DNA of 64,000 bases from Okamejei kenojei (taxonomy: Eukaryota): the NCBI GenBank assembly GCA_035221665.1, contig CM069142.1:34658001-34722000 (forward strand), read 5' to 3'. A program made the translations under genes and the position numbers. Positions 36,965-49,907 of this stretch are shown here, piece by piece; the first letter of the stretch is position 1; each line of letters opens with the position of its first letter. The notes under the pieces are model-generated. The model ran no database searches. It had not been told where the DNA came from and saw nothing but the letters and a program-made list of their open reading frames with translations.

Positions 36965-38345
36965 ATAGATACAGAGACAATAGGTGCAGGAGTAGGCCAT
37001 TTCTGCGCCTCCAGCCAGCACCCCATTCAATGTGATCATGGCTGATCAACCCAATAACTCATTCAATGTGATCATGGCTGATCATCCACAATCAGTACCC
37101 TGTTCCTGCGTTCTCCCCATACCCTTTGATTTCACTAGCACTAAGAGCTCTATCTAACTCTCTTTTGAATGCATTCAGTGAATCGGCCTCCACTGCCTTC
37201 TGAGGCAGAGAATTCCGCAAATTCATAACCCTCTGTGTGAAAAAGTTTTTCCTCATCTCAGTTCTAAATCGCCTACCCCTTAGTCTTAATCTGTGGCCCC
37301 TGTTTCTGGACACCCCCAACATCAGGAACATGTTTCCTGCATCTAACTTGTCCAATCCCTTAATAATTTTGTATGTTTCTATAACATCCCCTCTCATCTT
37401 TCTAAATTCCAGTGAATGCAAGCCCAGTCGCTCCATTCTTTCATCATATGACAGTTCCGCCATCCCAGGAATTAACCTTGTAAACCTACGCTGCACTCCC
37501 TCAATAGCAAGAACGTCCTTCCTCGAATTAGGGGACCAAAACTACACACAATACTCCAGGTGTGGTCTCACCAGGGCCCTGTACAACTGCAGAAGGACCT
37601 CTTTGCTCCATACTCAACTCCTCTCGTTATGAAGGCCAACATGCCATTAGCTTTCTTCACTGCCTGTTGTACCTGTATGCTTCCTTTCAGTGACTGATGT
37701 ACTAGGGCACCCAGGTCTCGTTGTACTTCCCCTGTTCTGAACCTGACAACATTCCAATAATTATCTGCCCTCCCGTTCGTACCTCCAAAGTGGATAACCT
37801 CACATTTATCCACATTATACTGCATACAGGTTCGACCAGCCCCGACGCGAGGTTCGATCGCCCGGCGCGGGGGAGCTGACATCCCCCCGATGCAGGAGCT
37901 TGATCGCCTCGACGCAGAGGGCCCGAACGCCGCCAGCTACGGGAGTCAAGATCGTCCTGTCAACGGAGGTTCGAGGCCCACGACCGAGGAAGAACAGAAG
38001 GAAGAGACTTGAACTTTATTTCGCCTTCCATCACAGTGAGGAATGTGTAGGAGTCACTGTGGTGGATGTTCATGTTAAAATGTGTTTTTGACTGATCTGT
38101 TACTTTTTATTGTATGACTGAGCTGGTCAATGAAATTCCTCGTATGTTGCAAAACATACTTGGCTAATAAAGTGTGATTCTGATTCTGATTCTGATTCTG
38201 ATCTGCCATGCATCTGCCCTCTCACCCAACCTGTCCAAACACTCTGCATCCTCGTAGCATCCTCTTCACAGTTCACACTGCTACACAGCTTTGTGTCATC
38301 TGCAAATTTGCTAATGTTACTTTTAATTCCTTCATCTAAATCCAT
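36965..38345 (-). mobile_element. CR1 LINE 3' portion interrupted by a GC-rich retroposon
   Basis: [39 protein letters not shown]. Confidence 0.88.
37827..38200 (+). mobile_element. GC-rich retroposon, 5'-truncated copy inserted in CR1
   Basis: Splits CR1 ACTGCAT|CTGCCATG; ends AATAAAGTGTG(ATTCTG)4. Confidence 0.8.
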
Positions 38346-38349
38346 TAGA

Positions 38350-38870
38350 TTAAGTGCAATGTCCGCAATGGGGTAGAGGTGAGTAGAACAGTGCCCTAGT
38401 TTATGGATAGATTTTGCAAAAACCTGACAACAGAGGGGAAGAATCTATTCCTAGTCTGGTGGTGCGAGTTTTCAAGCTTCTGTACCTTCTGCCAGACAGG
38501 AGCAGGAAGAAGAAGGAGTAATCAGGATGAGACAAGTCTTTGATTATGTTGTCCACTCTTCAGAGGCAGTGTGAAGTGTAGATGGAGTCATCCGGTCTGT
38601 GTGATGGACTGAACTACATCTAAAACTCTATGCAATTTCTCATGGTCTTGGGTAGAGCTGTTCCCAAACTAAGCTGTGATGCAACCCGACAATATGCTTT
38701 CTATGGTGCATCTTTTTAAGCGTATTCGGGGACATACTGGAAATCCTGAGTCTCCTGATAATATTAACACCCTGGAACTTGAAGCGCTCAACCATGTCCA
38801 CTTCGGCTCCATAGTTGCTGATTGAGGCCTGTACTCCACCATGCGTCCTGAAGTCGATAGCTCCAATGTT
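38350..38870 (-). mobile_element. Rex1/Babar-type LINE fragment
   Basis: RCTIESILSGCITA motif; homologous to 2830-3010, 36860-36965 and 58850-59180. Confidence 0.7.
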
Positions 38871-40744
38871 CTAGTGTTAGGCCCTTGAACAAAATGTCAC
38901 CTGGTCACTGCGTCTAACTGTTAGCTCCAAATTTCTGAGCATCTATTCCACGCAGTAATTTGTTCCCAGAAACCAACTTACAAAGAGGAATTGTTTGATT
39001 ACATGGCCACTTGTCACCGTGCAGCCTGAGGAACCTGCAGTCCATCAGTAACTTTTAAATGGCCAGCAGGAGTAACATTACATTTGGCATGATAATGTGT
39101 GAGTGCTTTGATTAATTATTAATTTGGTGCACATTTGCACGAGAAAGATGCAAACGCAGCAACTACACAGCAGCCTTTTGGATATAAAACCTGTTGTACA
39201 TCACATTGATGACCTCAATGAATATTGCAAGGAAGAGAGAGCGTCAGCGCTGAATTGCTCAAGGGAACGTTAAAAGCAGGAACCGGGGGAAATATTTTTT
39301 TGTTTATCACCTATGTTTCATACCATCTAGGGAGCTTTCTAGATAAAGTAAAGTTTAATGTAGAAACAAGGAAGTGCAGAATCTGGCTTATATCAAAGAT
39401 AGACACAAAGTGCTGGAGTAACTCAATGGGTCAGGCAGCATCTCTAGAGAGAAAGAATGGATGGCGTTTCGGGTTGGAGTCCGAAGAAGGGTCCTGACCT
39501 GTAACGTCATCCACCCTTTTTCTCCAGAGATGCTGCCTGACCCGATGAGTTACTTCAGCAATTTGTGTCTGTCTAAAGTTTAGTATCTTTTACTAAACTG
39601 CGCAGCATATGTTTGAATAGGAACCCAAATTTATCCATTGGCAAAACAAGTCTGAAGAAGGGTCCTGATGTGAAACATCACCAGTCCATGTTCCCCAGGG
39701 ATGCTGCCTGACCCAGCGAGTTACTTCAGCATTTTGTGTCTATCTTTGGTATAAACCAGCATCTGCAGGTCTTTTTTATTATATTTTAAAAACAAGTTTT
39801 TGTTGATTGAAAGATACAGCTTTGAAAGAGGCCCTTCGGCCCACCGAGTCGACGCCAACCATCGATGACACGTTCACACTAGTTCTATGTTATCCCACTT
39901 TCTCAAGCTGTCCCTACACACTAAGGGCAATTTTACAGTGGCCAATTAACCTACATCCATGCACGTCTTTGGAATGTGGGAGGAAACCCACAAGGTCACA
40001 GCGCCACTGTTTTTCAAATAATTTACACTCTGTGCAATTACTTCATTGACTGGGGAAGATTAATTTGTTATATGTTCTTGAGGCAGTGTAGCTTCAAATT
40101 TGATTCTCCGTGTTAACTGTTGATTCCAAGCAACAGTGGTGAAATGTTTATTAGATGGTGAGTCCCTGGAGACCTGGAACTCAGTGGGTGAAGAGTGCAG
40201 GAGTAGATGAAAGTGGTACAGTGGTGTACCGCCAGAGACCCGGATTTAATTTTGACCTCTGGTCCTGTGTGTGTGGAGTTTGCACGTTTTCCCTGTGACT
40301 ACATGGGTTTCCTCCGAGTGCCAAAGACGTGCAGGTTTGTAGGTTAATTGGCCTCTGTAAATTAACCCTGGTTTCCCCTAGAGTGGATGAGAAATAGGGT
40401 TAATATAGAACTAGTGTGAACAGGTGATCAATGGTCAGTGTGAACTCAGTGGGCCGAGAGCATAGAATGTTTGTGCCGAGCATGATGCCATGTTAAGCCG
40501 ATCTCGTCTGCCTATATATGATCTATATCCCTTTATTACTTGTTGTGGACATCCAGAACCGCACTCAGTACTCCAAAGGCAGCCTAATCAAGGTCCTTGA
40601 TTTTGTTTCTGTGCTGTGTTTTTCAATCAATCATTGAGTATCTTGCTAATAGTCCAATAGTCTCGGTGCTGATTGGGGTAAAAGGTGTCCTCTTTATGGT
40701 TAGTGAGCCTGAGAGAGAGAAAAAATGAGGATGTTTTGACTTAG

Positions 40745-41108
40745 GCGTTAGACATGCAGTGCGGAAACAGGCCCTTCGGCCCACTGAGTCCGCACCGACC
40801 AGTGATCACCCCGCACACTAACACTTTCCTGCACATTAGGGACAATTAGAATTTTAGAAGCCAATTAACCTGCAAACCTGTATGTGGTAGCCACTTAGCT
40901 TAACCCGGTCTTCAATCATAGTGACTAAAGGAAAGATTCCTTGAACGATATGAAAATCCTGTACATCTTTGGAGTGTGAGAGGAAATCGGAGCCCCCGGA
41001 GAAAACCCATGCAGTCACAGGGAGGCGGTACAGACAGCACCTGCAGTCAGGATCGAACCCGGGTTTCTGGTGTAAAACAGCAATTCTACCACTGCGCCAC
41101 CGTACTGC
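40745..41108 (-). mobile_element. V-SINE (HE1-like) ending ~70 bp before the Ig6 acceptor
   Basis: Consensus on the minus strand, with an internal ~80-bp insertion. Confidence 0.8.
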
Positions 41109-41179
41109 CCCAATTTATTATTCATAAAATGTGTTCACTTTTGTCATGCCAGTGACCAGTGCATTGTTTGTCTTCACAG

Positions 41180-41587
41180 ATGCAAGACTAGAAGTCAGCC
41201 AACTAAAGCGAAACTTGGTGGTGACGGAGAATGACAATATTCGCCTGAGCTGTGTCATCACAAACCAAACTGGCTCCGACTCTCAATTTTCTGTCCAGTG
41301 GTATGTTCAACGCTCCCAAGAGGAAGCGGACAGGCTGATTCTGAGATCAAACCGGGATTGCATGTTCGAATACGGCAACGAGTTGTTAGGGCACGAGAGG
41401 AAGGAGAGACTGCAGCCAGCAAAGCCTTCCAGTGGCCATTACACCTTGGTCATACACAAGGCTGACGTCGATGACAGTGGCAAATACTACTGCCTGGTGC
41501 AGGAATGGCTGCTGAGTCCCAACAACAATTGGTATAAAGTTGGAATCAACATGTCGGGAATGACATACGTCACCGTACAGCGACCAG
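41180..41587 (+). CDS. IGSF3: IGSF3 exon, Ig domain 6 (408 nt, phase 1-1)
   Basis: cttcacag|AT acceptor, CCAG|gtactc donor. DARLEVSQLKRNL..IRLSC..QWYV..FEYG..DDSGKYYCLVQEWLLSPN..VTVQRP. Confidence 0.93.
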
Positions 41588-42377
41588 GTACTCAATCTTT
41601 CATCCCCTTCCTCTCTTTCCTGGGCCCCACCTGGACGTTCACTATCTCGACCCCCCCCCCCCCCCCGGCTCCTGTCACCTACCCAGCTTCCCTTCCACCT
41701 TGATCCCTTCCTCTGGCTTCACATCTCACTCCTCATCTCTACTTTAGTTTGGAGATACAACGTGGAAACAGGCCCTTTGGAGATACAACGTGGAAACAGG
41801 CCCTTTGGACCACAGCGATCCCTGTACACTAACGTTATCCTACACACATTCGGGACAATTTTTACAATTTTACCGAGCCAATTAACCTGCAACCCTGTAC
41901 GACTTTGGAATGTGGGAGGAAACCTGGAGCATCCGGAGGAAGCCGAAGCAGGTCACAGGGAGAACGTCCAAACTCCCATACAGACAGCACCTGTAGTCAG
42001 AATCAAATCAGAAACAGGCATGTGTCAATTAACCCCCCCCCCCCCCACCAGTTTCCACCTATCGTTTGCCAGGCTTTGTTCTGCCCCCACCCCTCCACCA
42101 GCTTTCTGACACCCCCCCCCCCCCCCCCCTCCTCACTACAATCGGTCTAAAGAAGGGTCCTGAACCGAAACATCACCGACCCATGTTCTCCAGCGATGCT
42201 GCCCGAGTTACATTTTGTGACGTTTTTGTAAACCAGCAACTGCAGTTCCTTGTGTTCCCCCCTGCAATTTTCCTTTATTTCTTCCATTAAATTCTGAATC
42301 ATGCATACTTGTGAATAACACTTTGAAGTATTATCTATAGAGTAATATCTAAAATGTGAAGTAATATTGAAACAGTG

Positions 42378-42650
42378 TTATCTGAGGGGTGGAGTATTAT
42401 CTGAGGGGTGGAATATTTTTCTGAAGGTTGGAGTATTTTTCTGAGGGGTGGAGTATTATCTGAGGGGTGGAGTATTATCTGAGAGGTGGAGTATTATCTG
42501 AGGGGTGAAGTATTATCTGAGGGGTGATTATATGAGGGGTGGAGTATTACGTGAGGGCTGGAGTATTACGTGAGGGCGGGAGTATTCTCTGAGGGCTGGA
42601 GTATTCTCTGAGAACTGGAGTATTCTCTGAGGGCTGGAGTATTGTCCGAG
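42378..42650 (+). repeat. 19-bp minisatellite, ~14.5 copies (TTATCTGAGGGGTGGAGTA)
   Basis: Head-to-tail units with no spacers. Confidence 0.95.
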
Positions 42651-43766
42651 ATGCTCCCACTCATCTACCTTGATAATCCAACAAGAAAATACAAACTGCT
42701 GGAGTAAGTCAATGGGTCGGGCAGCATCTGCAGGGGGAATTGGACAGGCGATGATTCAGTCGGACCAAAGATCCCGATCTGAAACTTCATCTGTCCATTC
42801 CCTCCACAGATGCTGCCTGACCCACTGAGTTCTTACTGCACTTGCCGTTAATCTGCACAATTAATTTCTGATGGCTCTGCTCGTATTGAGAAATGAGCAG
42901 AGAGTGTTGTGCACTTGTCTTGCTTTGCCTTGTTCCATGATGGGTGGTGGTCTATATCATCCTTCTGAAATTGTCCTTTTTTCTTGCCTTAAATGAAGAT
43001 TCAAAAGCTATTGCAGATCTTGTTTCCTGGCAGAAGACATCAGATTAATCCGACTAATTACAATTTAAGTCCAAGTTATTATCATCTCCTAAGGATTTCA
43101 GAGTTATTTGCAGTTTTAATGGAATTGTAATATCCCACAAAATGCTCTGGTGCTCAATTTCAATTTTGTGGCCATTACACCCGAGTGGAACTAGCCGTGA
43201 GCAGTTGCCTCTTTTGATTTGCATGTCAACTAAACTGAATGATTTGGGGTGATTATACTCTGTCTTTAGCTTAGTTTAGTTTAAAGACACAACTTGCAAA
43301 CGGCCCACTGAGTCAATGCTGACCATCGATCACCCATTCACACGAGTTCTATTCCCTCCCTCAAAACTCTCTCCACTCCCTAAAAACTCGGGGCAATTTG
43401 CAGAGGCCATTTAACCTCCAAACCCGCAGGTCTTGCGTCAGCCTTCCACACCCCTTTCATTGAGTAGCTGCCAGATTCTCTTGCTCTTGACCCAACCTCA
43501 TTCCGCTATTGCAAGTTTGTTTTGTTTAATTTTATTTTGTCATTTTATTTATTGTTGTTTCTATCCTTACTATTTTTACTGTGAACTTAATGAGCTTCAT
43601 GCAAGCAAGGAATTACATTGTACTCTGGTGTGTATGACAATACATTTATATATTTCCATCTGAACCAAGAACCAACATCCACTTTTGTTCGGTCCCCAAA
43701 GTGAGAACATTGAGTATAACAATGAATACTGGTGGTCAGCTCGGCTATAAACTAATACAACACCTT

Positions 43767-44310
43767 AATAGTCAAGAGTGTTTTATTGTTATATGTCCCA
43801 AAACGGAACAATGGCATTCTTACTTGCAGCAGCTCAAATACTGCTCAGTGGATACCATACTAAACAACAAAAAGATCAGTAAATTAAGACAAAACAATAT
43901 AGGACAAAAACAAAGCCTGAAGTTCCCAGTGCAATAAGGCAGTTTGTAGTTTAGTTGGCGTTTGCAGTGCTCAAGAGCCTGATGGTTGCTGTAAAGAAGA
44001 TGTTCCTGAACCTGGAGGTCATGGTTTTCAGGCTCCAGTACCTTCTTCCTGATGGTTGTAGTGAAACGAGAGTAGGGCCTTTTTGAAGCAGCCCCTCCTA
44101 TAGATCCCTTTGATGGTGTGGAGGTCAGTACCCGTGATGGACAAGGCACTGTCCACCACTTTTTGTAACCTCTTTCGTACCTGGGCGTTCGAATTGCTGA
44201 AACAGGCTGTGACACAATCAGTCAATATGCTCCCTACTGTACACCTTAGAAGTTCAAGAACGCACTCATCGACATACCAAAGCTCCACAAACCAGATGCG
44301 TTGATGGGAT
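43767..44310 (-). mobile_element. Rex1/Babar-type LINE 3' fragment
   Basis: RCTVGSILTDCVTACFSN..RKRLQKVVDSALSITGTDLHTIKGIYRRGC, the typical RT C-terminus of this clade. Confidence 0.75.
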
Positions 44311-44483
44311 TCACCTAAACCAAACACAACTAATCCAAACCTAGCTGGATGCTGAGGAAGTCTGATTTTTCACTTAGCCTGCCCAGCATCATTTGCAGAA
44401 TTTCCCACCAGATTGAATAATAATAATACTTGAGCAATTAAACTTCCTATTAATTAAATTAAAAATTTCTGTAACCTCCACAG

Positions 44484-44894
44484 ATAACAATTTGCAGACA
44501 GTGATGACGGAAAGGGCTATTTCCGTGCCAGAGAACGGTCAGATTCGATTGGATTGCAAGATCAGCAACCGAACCAACTTGGACTCCCAACTCTCAGTGG
44601 TGTGGTTTGCACAGAATTCCTTGGATACAAACGGATATCCCATTTTCAGCCTGAACCGGAATTCTGTTTTTCAGTATGGTAGCTCAATGGACAACAGGAT
44701 GAGACTGAGGAATAGACTGCAGTATGAGAAACCTACCAACGATTTGTACAGTTTGATACTTCAGAAGGCCACCATCTCTGACACTGGCAGCTACTACTGT
44801 TATGTGGAGGAGTGGACAGTCGATCCCAATAATATGTGGTACAAACTAGGAGATGATCGGTCTGGATTAACAACTGTCACCGTACAGCAACCAG
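44484..44894 (+). CDS. IGSF3: IGSF3 exon, Ig domain 7 (411 nt, phase 1-1)
   Basis: ctccacag|AT acceptor, CCAG|gtacag donor. DNNLQTV..IRLDCKISNRT..SQLSVVWF..DTGSYYCYVEEWTVDPNNMWYK..VTVQQP. Confidence 0.93.
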
Positions 44895-45419
44895 GTACAG
44901 TAGAGTTGTTTCAGTGTGGGGAAATGTGAGCTTCCCATTACCATGAGATGCTAAAACATCAAGTCACCACTTTGGAAAAACATTTAACTCATAGTTGTAT
45001 GGTTCAATTAGCTTTTACTAACAAATAGTCATGGAATCGTAGTCATACAGCACCGAAACAAGCCCAACTCGTCCACACTGGTCTATATGCCCCATCCAAG
45101 TGAGTTCCTAATTGCCCTCATTTGGCCCATATTCCTCTCAACCTTTCCTGTCCATGTAACTGTCCAGGTGTCTAATAAATGTTGTTACAGTATCTGCCTC
45201 AATTACCTCCCCTGGCAGCTTGCTTAGATTTCCTATTAAATCTTCCCTCTCTTACCTCAAACCTATGCTCTCTTGTTTTTGATTCCCCTGCTCTGGGTAA
45301 ATGACTGTGCAATCACCCTATCTATTGTTATCTACTTAGTGGGAAATGTTTCTCATTATTGACTCAATCATAGATTCATATAGCATACAATCAGGTCCTT
45401 TGGCACAACTTTGGTATAA

Positions 45420-45690
45420 CGGGAGCCTCACAGCGCCTGAGACCTGGGTTCGATCCTGACCTCGGGTGCTGTCTGTACGGAATTTGAACGTTCTTCCTGT
45501 GACCGTGTGAGTTTTCTCCGGGTGCTCTGGTTTCCTCCCACACTTCAAGGATGTACAGGTTTGTAGGTTTAATTGTCTTTGGTAATTTGTCCCAAGTGGT
45601 GGGAGACTGGTAGTGTATGGGGATTGCTGGCCGGTGCGGACTCGATGGGCCAAAGAGCCTATTTCTGCGCTGTATCACTAAATTATACTA
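45420..45690 (+). mobile_element. V-SINE (HE1-like)
   Basis: Consensus match. Confidence 0.85.
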
Positions 45691-46492
45691 AACAAATGGT
45701 TTACTTTGTCTGTGAACATACACACAAGAGTGAGGTGGGGTGTCGATAAAGTATAAGACAGCAGTGTGGCCAGCCAGCTGTCTACAGTAAATTTGGCATC
45801 AGCTACAGGGGTCATCTTGCAAAGCACAGATGATATTAAATGTACAAAGCCAAGCAATCAAATCAAATGTTTTAGTGTTGTCCTGCCAGAGGCAATCTCT
45901 TTAAATACTCATTAACACTACCGATGTTAATATTGACTGAATCAGAATCTATTTGGTTTTTTTTTTAAAGTAATTAAATTGAAAAATCACACAAGCACTG
46001 TAACATTTAATGATTCTATAACAACATTTAAAAGACATTTGGACAGGTACATGGAAAGGAAAGTTTGGAGGGATATGGGCCAAACGCAGGCTGGTGGGAC
46101 TAGTGGCATGTTGGTCGGCATGCGCATGTAGGGCCGAAAGGACCCATCTTCATATTCAAAGAAGGGCCCCCAATCAAAACATTACCTATCCACACCCTTC
46201 AGAAGTACTGCCTGACCCGTTGAGATACATCACCACTTTATACTCTACGTAAGATTCCAGCATCTGCAGGTCTAGAGTGGACCTTTGCAAACTGCACCTG
46301 TGCATCTGAACCAGAATGGCCCAACATCCTTGTGGTGAGTCTGCCACTGCAGATTGGACGGGTTTACACATTTCTGACAGGAGACTGGGACGCGGATGTA
46401 TACCTGGAAGGGAAGGTTATCGTAGACATTGCTCGTTTGGGTGCAATGAGGCACGAGAGGAATAGATTACTTAACTGCAATATTCTCTAATG

Positions 46493-48950
46493 AAACATAG
46501 GAACATAGAAAATAGGTGCAGGAGTAGGCCATTCAGCCCTTCGAGCCTGCACCGCCATTCAATATGATCATGGCTGATCATCCAACTCAGTATCCTGTAC
46601 CTGCCTTCTCTTCATACCCCCTGATCCCTTTAGCCACAAGGGCCACATCTAACTCCCTCTTAAATATAGCCAACGAACTGGCCCACAACTACCTTCTGTG
46701 GCAGAGAATTCAAAAGATTCACCACTCTCTGTGTGAAAAATGATTTTCTCATCTCGGTCCTAAAAGACTTCCCCCTTATCCTTAAACTGTGACCCCTTGT
46801 CCTGGACTTCCCCAGCATCGGGAACAAACTTCCTGCATCTAGCCTGTCCAACCCCTTAAGAATTTTGTAAGTCTCTATGAGATCCCCCCTCAATCTTCTA
46901 AATTCCAGCGAGTACAAGCCGAGTCTATCCAGTCTTTCTTCTTATGGAAGTCCTGTCATCCCAGGAATCACTCTGGTGAACCTTCTCTGTACTCCCTCTA
47001 TGGCAAGAATGTCTTTCCTCAGATTAGGAGACCAAAACTCTAATGTACTCAAATCCTTTTGCTATGAATGCCAACATACCATTCGCTTTCTTCACAGCCT
47101 GCTGTACCTGCATGCCTACTTTCAATGACTGGTGTACCATGACACCCAGGTCTCGTTGCATCTCCCCTTTCGGTCACCATTCAAATAATAGTCTACTTTC
47201 CTATTTTTGCCACCAAATATTTATCGACATTATACTGCATCTGCCATGCATTTGCCCACTCACCCAGCCTATCCAAGTCATCTTGCAGCCTCCTAGCATC
47301 CACCTCTCAGCTAACACTGCCCCCCAGCTTTGTGTCATCCGCAAACTTCGAGATGTTGCATTTAATTCCCTTGTCCAAATCATTAATATATATTGTAAAT
47401 AGCTGGGGTCCCATCATTGAGCCTTGCGGCACCACACTAGTCACTGCCTGCCATTCTGAAAAGGACCCGTTTACTCCTACTCTTTGCTTCCTGTCTGCCA
47501 GCCAGTTCTCTATCCACATCAATGCTGAACCGCCAATACCGTGTGCTTTACGTTTGTATTCTTATCTCTTGTGTGGGACCTTGTCGAAAGCCTTCTGAAC
47601 GTCCAGATATAACACATGCACTGCTTCTCGCTCATCCACTGTACTAGTTACATCCTCAAAAAATCAATAAGATTCGTCAGACATGATTTACCTTTCGTAA
47701 ATCCATGCTGACTTTGTCCAATGATTTCACCACTTTCCAAATGCGCTGCTATCCCATCTTTAATAACTGACTAGCAGTTTCCCCACTACCAATGTTAGAC
47801 TAACTGGTCTGTAATTCCCTTTTTTCTCCCTTTTTAAAAAGTGGGGTTACATTAGCTACCCTCCCTCCAATCCTCAGGAACTACTCCAGAAGCGTTTTGA
47901 AAAATTATCACTAAGGCATCCATTATTTCTGGGGCTACTTCCTTAAGTACCCTGGGATGCAGCCTATCTGGCCCTGGGGATTTATCGACCTTTAATCCAT
48001 TCAATTTACCTAACACCACTTTACGGCTAACCTGGATTTCACTCAGTTCCTCCATCTCATTTGACCCACGATCCCCTGCTATTTCCGGCAAATTATTTAT
48101 GTCTTCCTTAGTGAAGACAGAACCAAAGTAGTTATTCAATTGGTCTGCCATGTCCTTGTTCCCCATGATCAATTCCCCCGTTTCTGACTGCAAGGGACCT
48201 GCATTTGTTTTAACTAATCTTTTTCGCTTCACATATCAATAAAATCTTTTGCAGTCAGTTTTTATGTTTCCTGCCAGTTTTCTTTCATAATCCATTTTCC
48301 CTTTCCTGATTAAGCCCTTTGTCCTCCTCTTTGGACTCTGTATTTCTCCCAGTCCTCTGGTAGGCTACTTTCTCTGGCTAATTAGTACACTTCATCTTTT
48401 GCTTTGATACTATCCCTGATTTCCCTTGCTTTCCACGGATGCACTACCTTCCCTGATTTATTCTTTTGCTATATCCGGGATGAACAATTGTTGTAGTTCA
48501 TCCATGCAGTCTTTAAATGCCTTCCATTGCATATCCGCCGTCAACCCTTCAAGAATCAATTGCCAGTCTATCTTGGCCGATTCACGTCTCATACCCTCAA
48601 AGTTACCTTTCTTTAAGTTCAGGACCCGTGTTTCTGAATTAACTATGTCACTCTCCATCCTAATGAAGAACTCAACCATATTATGGTCACTCTTGCCCAA
48701 GGGGCCACGCACAACAAGGCTGCTAACTAACCCTTCCTCATCACACAATACCCAGTCTAGAATAGCCTGCTCTCTCATTGGTTCCTCTACATGTTGGTTT
48801 AGAAAACTATCCCGCATATATTCCAAGAAATCCTCTTCCTCAGCACCCCTGCCAATTTGATTCACCCAATTTATATGTAGATTGAAGTCACCCATTATAA
48901 CGGTTTTACCTTTGTTGCACACATTTCTAATTTCCTGTTTGATGCACATT
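46493..48950 (-). mobile_element. CR1 LINE, ~2.45 kb decayed ORF2 (APE endonuclease end, RT, 3' UTR)
   Basis: VIMGDFN..LDWVLC..SDH (endonuclease); KSPGPD; [20 protein letters not shown] (RT); RTRGHSL..FFTQRVVN; (AAACATAG)n tail; multiple frameshifts. Confidence 0.92.
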
Positions 48951-49907
48951 CAACTCATTGAAGGCAAGTGGGAATAGCTTGGTTAGGTAACACGGAGAAG
49001 TTGGGCCGAAGGGCCTAATCCCATGCTGTATTAATTATTCTTTGATTCTACGTCAGGGATAGTGACTGAGATTATCAATGTTAAATACAATTTGCTCACT
49101 TAAGTCGAGAAGCTTGTCCTTAAGAAAGGCAAAATATTGGCTATCTGAAGAAGGGCCCCGGCCTGAAATGTCACATATCCATATTCTGCAGAGGCTGCCT
49201 GATCCGCTGTTATTCCAGCACTTTATGTCTCCATTTGTCCCAACTTCTATACTCGGTACCCTGACTGATGAAGGCAAATGCATCAAAAGCTTTCTTTAAC
49301 ACCTCATCCACTTGTTACGCCACTTTGAGGGAACTATGTATCTGCACTCTGAGACCCCTCTGCTCTACAACACTCCCCATGGTCTTACCATTCACTGTTA
49401 AAATTCTGAGCCGCTTTGACTTCCCACTGATCTGCAATAAACTTAATTCGCCATTCCTCTGCACACTTGCCCAGCTGATAAAGATCTTGTTGTAATTTCT
49501 GACAACCATCTTTTGATAGGCATTACATTAATAAGTATACTAATTGTCTAGGACACCTAGGATCCACAACAAGAGTCCTCGGTGCCTTTGGTACATCAGT
49601 CGTTTTTTTATCCTTGGTTGCTTGACGTGGCCAGAGCTGTTTGATATGATGGGACTTGTTTCAGTCTTTGCTTGAGGGAGACGATGTCAACGTTAGAGTG
49701 AATTCAATGAGCCTTTACTCACAGTGGGAAGCCGGATTCAGAAGTCAGAGCACCACAGTAATGTGACCTTAGGACATGACTTTCGCGAGGCAGCTCAAGA
49801 TTGGTCGTATTATTTTAAAGATGGATAGAGGGCAAACTGTCTTTTGCAGCTTTCCAAATATTGAACATTAAAATATGCTGTCTCTTTATTTTTGATTTCA
49901 CAAACAG

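Noticed and set aside
42378-42650. CRISPR-like array
   Set aside because: Units are contiguous with no unique spacers, there are no cas genes, and the context is a vertebrate intron; it is a minisatellite.
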